A DNA stretch of 64,000 nt from Octopus vulgaris (GCA_951406725.2 OX597814.1:118854001-118918000), one strand, 5' to 3'; shown: positions 13,141-27,343, counted from the stretch's first letter. A program made the numbers and translations. Notes: generated by a model not told the origin, from the letters alone.

Positions 13141-14596
13141 AAATGGTTGTTGAGGTAAGGGGTGTATTCTTTGTTAAAGTTCTGGTTGTATGTGTAGGAG
13201 TGTTTTTGGGTGGGGAGGTTGGAGGGGGGTAGGTAGTTGTCGTATTTGTGTTGGTATGGGATGCGATGGTGTAAGGATTTGTGAGAAATGCGATGGGTTT
13301 GTGGGTGTGTGTCTGGTAGATTGTATGGGGGGATGTAGGGGGGTATGTAGTTGTGGTGATTGGGTTCGTGTGGGATGTGAGGGTTTGGAGATCTGTAGGA
13401 GATGTGGTAGGAATGTGGTTGTTGGATGGGTGGACTATAGGGGGTTCGTTGGGTGGGTCTTATATGTATCGGTGTGGGTAGGATGCCTTGTTTATTATTA
13501 GTGTGAGGGAGGGGAGCCTTGAGGGGGGATAATTTCTAGTGTATGGGAGGTTCTTGAAGGTTCTAATCGGTGGGGGAGGGGTGTTAGAGTGATTGGAAAA
13601 CCAGGTTTTGTGGTGGGTCTTATTTGAGATGTTTCGGGGGGGAAAGGGTTTTTTATATGGTTGGTGGAGGTTGTGTCCTGTTAGGAGGGGGTTTGGAGAG
13701 TATGTGTATTTGAGGTGCGGTTTGGAATGGTGTTTATGGGGTACAGTGGAAGTCTGTGTTGTGGGTACTTTTATGAATGGGTTTTTGGATTTATGGTTTA
13801 ATATGAATTGTGTTTCATAGTTGAGGAAGAAATCTTTGTTGTTTTCCCAGCGTTTGAGGGAGGTTCGTTCTTCCTTTTCACATTCATCTTTCCATAGTTT
13901 AATAACAAGTTCGAGGGACTGTTCGTTGGTGTGTGAGGTTAGTTCTAGAAGTATCTCATCGTCTATTTTTGTGTATTTTTGTTCGTGGTTTTGTGCTCTG
14001 AGTTTTAGAAGTTCTACTTCGGTTTTCATTTTTTCCAATGTTAGTTTTTCTCTTAGGGAGCGTTGTTTTTCAGGTTCGTCTGGGATGTGTTTGATTTGGA
14101 ATTTTCGGGGTAGTATGATAGGGGAGGAGTTTAACCATTTGTCGTAAATATCAGCTTTGTTTTGGTTTTTGAGCATGTTCCAGAAGAGAAGTTTTCTGTT
14201 GTGTAGTTTCTTAGTCCAAGTAGTGATGATCTGGTTTTTAATGCGTTGTGCTGGGGTTGAAATGTGTTCCTTCTGTGTGTTGAGTGGTGTCTGAGGTCTC
14301 TTTGGCGTTGAATTGGTAAGTAGAGTTTTCAGTGTAGTGTTGATTTCATTTAGGTTTACATCTATCTTATCCGAAAGTAGAGTTTTCAGTGTAGTGTTGA
14401 TTTCGTTTAGGTTTACATCAATTTTATCCGAAAGTTGTTGATGATGGTTGTTTTCTGAGTTGTCCCGGGATTGAAGGAGAAGTTCGTCAATTTTTTTGGA
14501 GAATGTAAGTAGATGTGTATTGAGTACTTTGAGTTCTTTTAGAATGGTCTTATTGGTGACTGTCTCTGTAAGAGTGCTCTTGTTTTTCGGAGGCAT
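13104..14596 (-). CDS. PLE ORF1: coiled-coil N-terminal half with Pro/His/Thr/Tyr-rich C-terminus (~495 aa if one 1 nt shift near 13525 is repaired)
   Basis: ORF 14596-13460, then an open frame continues to TAA at 13106-13104. Heptad-like helical segments and a 19 aa duplication LSDKIDVNLNEINTTLKTL. Confidence 0.72.
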
Positions 14597-14765
14597 TCTG
14601 AATCACACGTGTGGTAGAGGGTACAGATCAATAAATGGTGGGGTTGTGTTGACCGCACGTGGAGAAATGATAAGTAAGGAAAATTTTTTTAAAAATGCAG
14701 AATGCTCAAATGAAAGAAAATTTTAATAAAATGAGAAAATGATAAAATATATAAATATATATATT

Positions 14766-14806
14766 TATTCAACCGGTTTTCGTCAATGTATGACTTGTCA
14801 AGAATA
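14766..14806 (-). ncRNA. Minimal hammerhead in the 5' pseudo-LTR
   Basis: Identical to 10150-10190. Confidence 0.7.
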
Positions 14807-15941
14807 TTTATGTTTTAAGAAGTTTTTTTAAAAATTAGAAAGGGGAAAAAAAGAAAATTGCAATGTTTTTTGTAAAAGAATAATGATAAAAATGTACAAA
14901 AATTAAAAAATAAGTTCTCCGATACATTGTGAGTTCGTTGTGTATCTTGAGTTTTATGGTTGTTTACCAAAAAATTACCTTGAGGTGTTAAGATCCAAAG
15001 GGATTAAGAGCATGTGATGTGTTGTGTTGTTAAATTCAGCATGTTGCAGGACAGGAAGTAGTAGTAACGAGTCTCCCGTTACGTAAACGAGTAACGGTGC
15101 ATAAAGAACAAATAAATCTCCCGGAATACCGACAAATTCCACTGAGTGACCACTTAGACTCATGTGCTAAAGACTTAAACCCCAAATTCTATATATTCCC
15201 CTTCTACCAATGTAAAGACGGGATCACCACACAGGAGAGAATTAACAAGGAGAATCTATTTATTGAAAAATTCCAAACACAACTTAATATGCAAACTCCT
15301 CGTTGATCAAACTTCCTTTCTCTACCTCACTCTTCATGGATGGACTAACACAAATATATAAAGATACCATGCATTCACCACTTCAAGCTAAAACTTATAT
15401 TCTTTAAATATCATTTTCACTATTGTTGTTGTTACTACTATCATTTTTATTATAAATGATATGACAATTTGAAATGCAATTGTCTATGCAGTTTTATATT
15501 ATTAGAAAATAATATAAATAAAGTGTTAAAATCTGAAAGTTAAGTTAACAAGCAATTATATAAAAAAGATAATGCAAATGAAGCTAAAATGATAGTTTTA
15601 TAATTTGGGTTTTATTGAAGAACTCAAAAGAGTTGTCTCCCCTTACTCACAACACAGGAACTGAAGAACCAGGACCACAATTACTACTACTTCCTGTCCT
15701 GCAACATGCTGAATTTAACAACACAACACATCACATGCTCTTAATCCCTTTGGATCTTAACACCTCAAGGTAATTTTTTGGTAAACAACCATAAAACTCA
15801 AGATACACAACGAACTCACAATGTATCGGAGAACTTATTTTTTAATTTTTGTACATTTTTATCATTATTCTTTTACAAAAAACATTGCAATTTTCTTTTT
15901 TTCCCCTTTCTAATTTTTAAAAAAACTTCTTAAAACATAAA

Positions 15942-15982
15942 TATTCTTGACAAGTCATACATTGACGAAAACCGGTTGAATA
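15942..15982 (+). ncRNA. Minimal hammerhead in the inverted LTR copy
   Basis: TATTC TTGACAA GTCA tacat TGAC GAAA ACCGGT T GAATA. Confidence 0.7.
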
Positions 15983-16120
15983 AATATATATATTTATATA
16001 TTTTATCATTTTCTCATTTTATTAAAATTTTCTTTCATTTGAGCATTCTGCATTTTTAAAAAAATTTTCCTTACTTATCATTTCTCCACGTGCGGTCAAC
16101 ACAACCCCACCATTTATTGA

Positions 16121-16393
<273 letters not shown>

Positions 16394-16609
16394 GATTTCA
16401 TTTATGTCGTATCTTTCTCTGATCGCACATAATGCATGAAAATATTAATTAAAGAAGAAAATTAATAAAGTTATGAAGTTCAGCATACAGTATAATCAAA
16501 TAGTGTAGGAAATGAGCACTATTAATATAAGTAATTAATATTTAAGAAGTCCCAAGACATATGCTGGAATGCAATTAATTACGAGATATGATGAGAAATT
16601 CTTCAGAAG

Positions 16610-16674
16610 TTTATAAAATGATATATGATTGGCTAGACACACACACACATCCACAAACGTACATGCATGCGCTA

Positions 16675-16708
<34 letters not shown>

Positions 16709-16830
16709 ATGTGCGTGTGTGTGTGTGTCTAGCCAATCATATATCATTTTATAAATTTCATGGATAGATTACTAGTTCTAGTCATACACACACAGACACA
16801 CACACACATCCACAAACTTACATGCATGCG

Positions 16831-16905
<75 letters not shown>

Positions 16906-16931
16906 TTGACTAGAACTAGTAATCTATCCAT
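16610..16931. repeat. Double fold-back rearrangement A-M-A'-B'-M-B
   Basis: Inverted pairs 16610-16645/16720-16755 and 16760-16784/16907-16931 enclose the same CATCCACAAAC(G/T)TACATGCATGCGCT core. Confidence 0.85.
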
Positions 16932-17444
16932 CTAAATATCTTGCTCTCTCTCTCTCTCTCTCTCTATGTCTTTCTCGCTGTGAATACATATACATGTGTG
17001 TGTGTGTGTGCGTGTGTGTGTAGAAAGAGGGAGAGAGACAAAGAGCGAAAAACATTATTATTCACTGAATATTTTAGTTAATTAAAAGCACATGTGGATA
17101 TTACGTTGAAACTTTACGGAAACGCTGGTTGCCAGATATTCATTGATGTGTTGAATAATTTTTCTAATATATTTAATTCAACTAACCTGTGATCGGTTAG
17201 GCGTCGAGCGGAATATTTTGCTGTATTGAATTTGGTCCATCAACGGTCTGAATGAAGAACTCGACTGACTTGATTAAGCCGATCGTCCGTCCACATTTTA
17301 ATAAAAGTGTGCATATAGCACCATAAAACTAATCACGTTTTAATCCACTCTATTTATCTATTCAGTTCACTCATTTAACCGGACCAAAGCAATGCATCCA
17401 CGGTACATACCCGTCTGTCCTCATTCTGATATTCAGTAATAAAA

Positions 17445-17679
17445 AAAATAATAAATGCGCCCTTTTAAAGTCTAGCCAGGCTCATGTGCATGGCTTCTCT
17501 ATTTCTATGGGACGCCAGTCCATCGCAGCGCTACTCATTTTTGCCTGCTGAGTGGACTGGAGCAACGTGAAATGAAGTGTTATGCTGAAGAACACAACGC
17601 GTCGCCCGGTCCAGGAATCGAAATCACAATCTTAAGATCATGGTGCTCGCACCCTAACCACTAAGCCACGCGCCTCCAC
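17445..17679 (-). mobile_element. tRNA-derived SINE (family B, OR-like)
   Basis: Reverse complement begins GTGGAGGCGCGTGGCTTAGTGGTTAGGG…TTCGATTCC. Shares head and 3' tail (CTGCGATGG…GGCTAG…AAAAGGGCG) with 50706-51010. Confidence 0.85.
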
Positions 17680-17699
17680 TCTGACATCCAGTGCCTTCC

Positions 17700-18170
17700 A
17701 CAAATTCCTCGCTTATATGCTATTCTTGGTCGGTCGATACCTGTATGTCTATGCTTGGCTGTCCAGATTATGCAATCGCTTGATGTTTCAATACTTTTTA
17801 AAAAGTGTTCTTTTTTTCTTCTTTTCTCTGGTTACCGTGATGATTGCAAAAAGACTGGCATACAGTCACTGTTTTGCATAATTTTTGCTGTCGAGATAGA
17901 TTGAGAACTGCATGAGGCATTATGAATCCTCAAGCAGAGTCGTTTTTGAAATAAACCACAGTATAGTCCAGATTCAAAGACTGCTTTTCATGTTACCAGG
18001 AAGGAAACAATTCCATATAAATCTGAGTTTTGTCTAAGGTATTCCATGCTTTTCCCATTCCTTAGTCCACTCGAATCTCCTCTCAAATGTGTGAACTTGT
18101 CAGAAAGATTTTTAAAGAAATTTCTAGTGGTGTTCACTGATTCCCAATCATAAAATTCTTTATCTCACTG
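17700..18170 (-). mobile_element. Highly decayed RTE-like LINE 3' fragment
   Basis: Minus strand WTAKHRHTGIDRPRIAY resembles the RTE C-terminal W..…GRP…Y motif. Confidence 0.35.
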
Positions 18171-18591
18171 AATACAATCATATCTTCTATCTGTCTCTGA
18201 CTCTCTCTCTCTCTCTCTCTCTCACTCTCTGTGTCTCTGTTTTTGTCTCTCTGTGTGTCTATCTGTCTCTCTCTCCTTCTGTCTCACTCTCTCTGTCTCC
18301 CTCTCTCTCACTCTTTGTCTCACTCATTCTTTCTGCTGATTTTTGTTCATCTGAATGTTCATGTTGCAATAGAAAGCTTTATGTGGAGAGGCAATTCACA
18401 TAAGACTTGTGTCGCAATACTTTTAAAACTATATATTTAGCTAAATCTAAATATGTTTTCATATAAGAAGGATTTATCTTGAAAGCAACAGCTAGCTATC
18501 ACACCTAATAAATATTAAAGTGAACTTCTGATTGATAACGTTGCAGTGGCACATTTCTCTCCACTCTCTCCCTCTGTCTTTATACATACAT

Positions 18592-18667
<76 letters not shown>

Positions 18668-19103
18668 ATATATATATATATATGAAGAGCTTGATGCAGT
18701 TATTTCTATCATGACTTATTATGTAGGAAAAAATTCCATATAACTTTATAGATATTTTCTACGTTAAATTTTGCATTAGTTATTTCTGAAAACCAAAATT
18801 GTCTATGCAAGTAATATTTACAATTGTGCATTTGAGAATAAAACATTTATTCACAATTTTGTTCGAATTGTTTTCCGACTAACTATAATTGATGTCTTGA
18901 AATAGTATTTCGCATGCTCATTTCTGTTCGTAACTCTATGTACGTATGTGCGAACGATTGATCATATATAAATATATAGATATGTTATAATGCTGTGTGT
19001 GTGTGTATGCATGTGTATGCGCAATAGCGCGTGTGTAATTCGCATTAGCTTACACATGTAAATGTACAAGTACACACATGCACACACACACACATACACA
19101 CAG

Positions 19104-19189
<86 letters not shown>

Positions 19190-21272
19190 CATATGCATAT
19201 ATATGCATATATATGTTTGTGTATAATCATGTGTGTGCAACTATGTATGTGTCTGACAAATGTTAAGGGAAACCGCGTTGCCATATAAAACGTAGCCTGG
19301 TATATAAGAAAGCATACATCGAAGAATGATTGCAAAATTCATGAGTTCCAATTTTTACTAAGATCAAATGCGTACATGGAATTTACTTCAGGTTATTTGT
19401 GGAAGATAAATTTTAGAAATTGCCACCAAAACGATTAAGACAGTTAAAAGTAGACATTTTTATGAATCGAATTTTACAGGAAATAAATCTTAATTTAATT
19501 TAATCCTTATTTAAATGTTTTAGATTAATCCACAGTGCAAGACAAAAAGAATATAAGTAATTTAATCATCATATATCTTAAGTTCACATTCCTTATAAAT
19601 CAACATCGCACTTCATAGATAGAGGCCGATATGGCGGTGCCCCAGCATGGCCACAGTTCGTGAGCTGAAACTAGATGAAATAAAATAAAAATAAAAATAA
19701 ATATAAGATTCGCATTAAAAGCTGTAGATTGGTGGAACTCTCAGGTCGCCATCCTTTATGATTCATGCATTTTTGTGACTCACTATGTTCTGATTTCAAT
19801 TCCCATCCTGGATTTCTTGAGCAGTAGCTATATTTAGTAGAAATATCTAACACAACCACCCGGCAATGTGGGTACCTTTCGCAAAGACTGCTCTGTTGCT
19901 AATATTCCACCCCAATATTCTCTTTCAGGATATTTTACTCCCCATCGTTGAAGAATGATGATTCTTTTGCAGGCCCAGCAAAAACACACATAAAGCATTG
20001 TATATATGCAGTGCCTGAACTCCAGCGAAGTGTTGTTTTTGCTTGATTTATAAGGAAAATATTTCTTCTACGACTTCAAATATCTAGCAGGAAATTAATA
20101 TTTAGATGGTGGTGCATTGTACTAAGCAGATATCACTCTAAAATATAAAAATTTCCAACAGTTTCTTGTCAGGTAAGAAATTAACGGTGTGACTGATTAG
20201 AAATCTGAGGAAAATAGCCTCTCGAAAATCTTCAATAAATCAAAAGAGTTGTCATGAAGATGAAGTTATAATCAGGTATATTTGAATGCTACTTTCTCTA
20301 TGATATTAACTTGCAGATATCAAATTATATCTATATTCAAAAGCTGTTCAGAATCGTAGACAGTATAACCACTCAATAGCCTGATGGCTACTGGATAGAG
20401 AACATAATAAGTGAGAAGCGATAATACAAGAGCGGATAGTACATCGAAGCAAATAACTAACAAACTGAACTATGGAAAATAATGACATTTATTAGACATT
20501 TGATATAAAATACAAAACGTAGAGGTTATAACAAAGAGAGAAATATCAAGTAAAATGCTTCAAAAATATGGGGTACGCAGAATCACAGTCTTTATTAAAG
20601 AAATGCAAATAACGTCGTCGGTAAACACTTGTTGAATTAGCCTATGGAAAACTTTGAGAAAATGCAAACTTATATGAAATTAAAATAATGAAATCAAATG
20701 GCTAAATGTCTAAATTACTAATTAGTACCGAACGGCAAACGAAAAAAGATAAAGTGATAGAAAAAAAAAATTATGAATTAAACAGCCGAATACAAATATC
20801 AACTTGACTAAATGAGAAAGGCGAAATACGAACTTTTACAATTAAAAGAGTTATAGAGATACAGAGAAACAGAATATCATTATGAAATTAGTAGAAAAGC
20901 CATAGAAAGAGCAGATGATGGCATGACTACCACAAAAAATGTACGACTAAAATAATAAATGTAAAACAAATATAACACCAGATATAACAGCAAAAACAAT
21001 GAATGAAAAAGAGATCAACCAACGAAAGATCAAATCCGAAAACGACCACATACAAGAGATTAATAAAACCGAAGTAAGCAAAAGCAAGAACTACTTCTGT
21101 GTAGAGGAATCGATCTGAAATTACCGGCTGAGAATTTTACAGTTTACATGAATACGAATTTAGTTCAAAGTATGGCATCTAATAAGTATAGCATATCTTA
21201 TTCGTTGGTAAATTAGATCATTAAACATACAGACACACATAAAAAGGCACGTGCATATACACACAAACACAT

Positions 21273-21303
<31 letters not shown>

Positions 21304-22052
21304 CATACATACATACATACATACATACATACATACATAATACATACATACATACATACATACATACATACATACATACATACATACATACATACATACA
21401 TACATACTTAGAGAGATAGAGAGATTAAATATAATATTATATAAAATAGATAGGGTATGAGATCTTTTATGAATTTTTGTATGGAAATGATTATAAAAAT
21501 CATTAAGCTGAAACAAAAAAAAACGGGGCAGAAAAAAACGGGAAAGCAAAAGTTCATAGTGGTTCTTCAAGGATAGTTAAATATCTTGAAAGTTAATACT
21601 CCAAATCACACAGGTACGAGAAAGAAGAATAGAGATTATCATTTAGAGGTGTTCCGGGATTCGGTGATAAGTGCAGTACACATCCATTACACTCACACGC
21701 GCACGCGTGTGCGAGGCACACTCATACACGCAGGCACACATACATACGCACGCACACACACATATATATAATAACGAAGACGGCTATACGTAATATGAAA
21801 CCGAAAAGGAAAATTTCAATTGTCAATAATAGTGTTTGAGAGAAGCACCTACATTACAAGAAGCAAATCTCAAAGGCCCTTATAGCCGCTAAAAAGCACA
21901 GATGTATGTACTGGCAAGGAAGTTAACTGCACCACAGTGAGCAAGATCACTATACTAGCTAGCTAGGTTTGCTTAGTTCATCAATAATGACTTCCCTTTC
22001 GCTGATGATTAAGCTAAATCACATCTGACAGTATGTAGTATTTACCATATGA

Positions 22053-22208
<156 letters not shown>

Positions 22209-22212
22209 GTAT

Positions 22213-23480
22213 TTGATCAGCTCATAGATTATGCGTTTTTTTCAATTGTATGAACTAAATGTCGGAGGTGGACGGGAAAAACCAGCTGCATCACTTGCTA
22301 GAAAAGCAGGTAGTAATTTTACCTTGTACTTATTGTTAGTGCAAGTTTAGGTAAGTGCAGTTCGATATTAACAGTTGTATTTTCAAAGCTATATTGCAAG
22401 TGACAAAGGAACATATTCGCCACGTGTTGTTTTATGAGTCCAATAAGAGCAACAACGCAATGGGAGAAGCAAGGAATATTAATGCAGTATATGGGGATGG
22501 GACAATAAGCGTAAACCAGTATCAACGGCAGTTCCAGAGATTCAGAGCCAGAAACTACGACCTAGAAGACGAGCCTCGTCCTGGAAGATCTATAGTGCTC
22601 GTCGAGGACGTCTTGCAAACCCTGGTGGAATGAAATCCCATCATAACTGTTGCGGAACTAGCAGAGAACCTTGGATATGGTCATTCAACCATTCATCGAC
22701 ACCTGCGTGCCATCGTAAAAGTCAGCAAATTGGGTCAATGAATTCCTCACAAACACTCCGAGCCTAATTGTGTGCAGTGAGTGAATGTGTGCTCTCCTTG
22801 ATGTCATGTCTCACGAATGAACTTTTTTTTGTACCGAATAGTGACTAGTCATGAGAAAAGAGTTCTCTACGAAAGCGCCGAAGACAGTGCGTAGGGAATG
22901 GAGAAGCACCGGCACCCAACCTAAAGAAGGTCTTCATTCATATAAGGTGTTATATGTTTGCTGGGATATGGAACGTTTAGCAAACTTTGAACTTTTAAAC
23001 CCTAACCAAATGATAACGAAAGAGATCTACTGCGTGTAGCCTGAGCGGCTTCTGTTAGCGCTAGAAGAGAAACGACCATCTTTGGTTTCAAGACGAAAGG
23101 TGTTCTTCCATCAGGATATTGCTCATCCAAGGATGACATTACAAAGGCTGGAACAGTTTGAATGTAAAACGATGCTCCGCCCACCATATTCGTCGGTCAT
23201 TGCCCCATCTGATTATCAAATATTCTGCAGTCTTCAAAATCATTTGGACGGAAAAAAATATGAATTCTGTAGACGAAGCCAGAACAGTAGTGGAAGAGTA
23301 TTTTCCGTCAGTTAAGTGAAGATTGGAAGAGGAACCTTGCAGGTCTTCTGGATAGACGTCAGAGCATTGTAGAAAATGAAGGAGAGTATATTTTAGATTA
23401 AAGAAGAACTTTTGTTACCTTAATTTTGAAAAATGAAGAAAGTATAAGAAAAACCGCATTATTTATGGGATTATATAATA
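22213..23480 (+). mobile_element. Decayed mariner (DD34D) transposon
   Basis: EHIRHVLFYE, LEDEPRPGRS, (W)IPH, FFHQDIAHP, PPYSSVIAPSDY across broken ORFs. Imperfect TIRs at ~22213-22247 and ~23446-23480. TA-rich flanks. Confidence 0.88.
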
Positions 23481-24075
23481 TACAAAATATATTTGTATTA
23501 TACATATATACATACGTGTATACATGCATAAGGCTATATTTTACGAAACAAAAGAAAAGCAAAAAAGACTGACGCCACATATTTTCAAACACCGGGAATT
23601 CTCTAATCTCAAAAATCTTCTCGCTTTGTTAACAACTTGTTTGAGCTCTCTTAAGAACTTAAATAAATCTCATAGAAAAAACGTAGGCACATATCTATAG
23701 CATCTATTATTGTATGCAAACTATACAATAAATTCGACTTGACTTTATTCCAGAACATATTCGATGTTCTTTACTTACTGATGTTCTAGAAGTCACACAC
23801 GAGTTCCAGGCTGGTTTTCTCTTCACAAATATAACGGCTTTGAATTTACAACATTCTACGCTGACCATAAGGTTTCACTTCCGGAATGCTTTCTAGAATG
23901 ATTTTTATGTATGGTTCATATTTGTGAATAGTTAACAAACGAGGTTGAAAGAGCTATTCATTATCATCACGCTTCAGTGAACCAGTCTGTAAACATGCTG
24001 TTCCTGTTCTCTATCTCTTATGTTGCTAATTTAACTCTTCCCGCTAGTCTGAACTACATTTACACCAACACACAA

Positions 24076-24128
<53 letters not shown>

Positions 24129-25336
24129 ATACTTTCATTTCTCTTTCCGTCATCTGTCCGGGTTTTTTTCCCTTCTCCAAATCCTGCAAAAACTTGTTAT
24201 TATAGATTGAAATTCTACAGGAAATGTTCGCTTTGTTGAAAAGGTAATTAAAGTTGAAATTAATCATCCTTGACCAGAATAATTTGGGAGTGATTGAAGA
24301 AGTTATGTATCATTGTAAGATACTCTATAAGCATTTGTATGTTTATAATGTTATAGAATAGCTTAACATGATTGTGCTTTCCGTAAATGTTTTAGCTAAG
24401 AAATAATTTTCGCTTCTTATTTTTATTCTACGTTTTTTTTTATTCTCTTTTATTCTATTCCCATCCAGTTCATTTTCTGAGTCCACGTGTATTTACTTAT
24501 GTGTATTCAAATAATTTCATAATACAGAATTACTTATCAAAAGTAAATATGTTTGTCTTCATTTCCTTTATACAAAACATTATGACATTCCTTGTATATA
24601 ATTTCGCTTAGCTTACCAACATTTCCGTTAAAAATCAAGTCAAGCTAAGAGAGAAAAAATATTAAATTATTTCGTATGTTTGTTGAATATCATGTTTTTC
24701 ACAGAGTATGAAATAAATAAGGCGTTAAAACAAAGAATTGAAAAGATAGAAGCCAAAAGAAAAGAATGTTGTATTGACGTTTTTGACGTGATATTCTGGA
24801 CTATAATCACCCACAACCAACCATCAGTTTCTTCTGCGTCTTTTAGAGAAGAAAAAAAAACATTTTAGATATCCAAAGAAAATCATCAAAATACTTTGTA
24901 ATACAAATACTACGACCATTAAAAGCAATAAGCACAAACAGAAATGCAATGCTACAAATAGAAGTGTCCATGTGTGTTGAAGCATGATATTTCGGAAATG
25001 TAACAGTATTTCTTGAGGAAATTTCAACGATGATAATATTGAGTTATATTCTAAATAGACAGATTTAGTGAAACATATTTACAGTAACGATGAAAATGTG
25101 AGTGTAATAAGCAGAAAGATAAAGTTAGAGAGACAAATAGAATGTGTTACAATGAGGTGGGTAAAGATATACAGAAATAGAAAAATTGAAATGTGCATGC
25201 ACATAAGCAGAGATACACAGAAAACACATATACAGATTCGAGCATAGATATATTTGTATTTATGTGTGTATTTATAATCAATACAAATATTGCTTTTATG
25301 TACATATGTATATTTTCTCTCTCGCGCGCGCTCTCG

Positions 25337-25393
<57 letters not shown>

Positions 25394-25394
25394 T

Positions 25395-25426
<32 letters not shown>

Positions 25427-25616
25427 TTTATGACTCGTCTTTTTCAATATGCGAGTTTTTCGTTATCAAGGGAAAGCTTAAAATAGAAAACGGGCATAAA
25501 ACAATGGGATATTTTAGGTCACCCAGCAGTTCTCTCAAAGCCGCTCACCTGATGGCATGCACAACTACTGCTGGATCATATTACTATAATATTTATGAAA
25601 TAATATGTATAATATG

Positions 25617-25965
25617 AAGGGCGGCGAGCTGGCAGAAACGTTAGCACGCCGGGAAAAATGCGTAGCCGTATTTCGTTTGCCGTTACGTTCTGAGTTCAAA
25701 TTCCGCCGAGGTCGACATTGCCTTTCATCCTTTCGGATCGATAAATTAAGTACCAGTCACGCACTGGGGTCCATGTAATCGACTTAATCCCTTTGTCTGT
25801 CCTTGTTTGTTGTCTATGTGTTTAACCTCTTGTGGATAGTAAAGAAATAGGTATTTCGTCTGTCTTTACGGTAAGTTCAAAACCGACTAGGTCGACTTTG
25901 TCTTTTTTGGTCAATAATTTAAGTACATGTTGCGATCTAATCGACTGGCCCGCTACCCAAGGTAA
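25617..25965 (+). mobile_element. SINE with Deu/Nin-like central domain (family C) plus partial second unit
   Basis: GGCGGCGAGCTGGCAGAA…GAGTTCAAATTCCGCCGAGGTCGAC…GCCTTTCATCCTTTCGG…GATAAATTAAGTACCAG. Same family at 52847-53515. Confidence 0.82.
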
Positions 25966-26211
25966 AAAAAGAATATGTATAATGTGAAACTGCATATTAC
26001 TACTGGATTTCATGCAAAACTCATTTAATGTGATAAGGATTAAATCCACTCCATTGCATTTACTTGTATTATAATAGTCTTCTATGAATTCCGCGTACAC
26101 TGATCGATTTACATACGTATATCCAGAAAAATGAGTATTCCTGCAGTATGTGAGCATATAATAGCTGATAAGCGTGGGGGAGATTTGAAATGTTCATTTA
26201 TCACTCAGATG

Positions 26212-26257
<46 letters not shown>

Positions 26258-26274
26258 GTGTGTGTGTGTGTCTA

Positions 26275-26625
26275 TAGGCTATGGTGTGGCTTTGTTTTAA
26301 GAAGCTTTCTTCTCAACCACATGGTTCCAGGTTCAGTCCCACTGCATGGCACCTTAGACAATTTTTTCTACTATGGCCTCGGCAGATAGAAACTGAAAGA
26401 AGCCCGTCGTATATGCATATATTTATGTGTGTTTTTTGTGTTTGTCCCTCGCTTGACGGGGGACCGATGTTTTTGTGTTTACGTGTGCGTAACTTAGCGG
26501 TTCGGACAAAGAGACCGATAGAATAAGGTCTAGGCTTACAAAGAATAAGTCTTGGGGTTGATCAATTCGACTAAAAGGCAGTGCTCCAGCATAGACGCAG
26601 TCAAAAGACTAAAACAAAAACAAGA
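26275..26625 (+). mobile_element. SINE family A, internally deleted
   Basis: Head GGTTCAGTCCC and 3' body match 3868-4362. Confidence 0.85.
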
Positions 26626-27070
26626 ATGTATATTTAATATGCTTGTAAATGTTGATGTAACATGTGTTATGTAACTAAGAGGATTATGAAACTACAGTAA
26701 ACGAATGGATTAAACATCTACTCTCTCTTGGATTACTTCTCTTATCTATTCTACATGTGTTCTGCGCATGTCTTTGCATCTGCGTTATACCCCGTTCCAC
26801 CACTTCCATACCGATGTTGGCGTGTTTATTTTCAAGTAAATTCTACGGTTCGCCCAAAGTGACCGAAAAAGTACTGATGTCGATTCGTTCATCTAAAATT
26901 CTTCAAGGCGGTGCCCCAGCATGGCCACATTCTAATAATAGAAAGAAATGACAGATAAAAGATAAACGTCCATTATATAAATGTATGTAACTTCGATACA
27001 TGTATTAGGTACCAGTTTCAGGCGTTTTCTGCTTATTTTTTAATGCAGTAATTTTTTACACCATGGCTTA

Positions 27071-27292
27071 TACTCTTTTTTTTTTACTTGTTTCAATCAT
27101 TTGACTGCGGCCATGCTGGGGCACCGCATTTAGTCGGGCAAATCGACCCCAGGACTTATTCTTTGTAAGCCTAGTACTTATTCTATCGGTCTCTCTTGCC
27201 GAACCGCTAAGTTACGGGGACGTAAACACACCAGCATCGGTTGTCAAGCGATGTTGTGAGGAACAAACACAGACACACAAACATATACACGC

Positions 27293-27343
<51 letters not shown>

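Noticed and set aside
15097-15306. Independent small gene
   Set aside because: Inverted duplicate of the GIY-YIG C-terminus (10826-11066).
20100-22040. A-rich coding-like stretches
   Set aside because: Probably ancient retroelement debris, but no motif could be read confidently.
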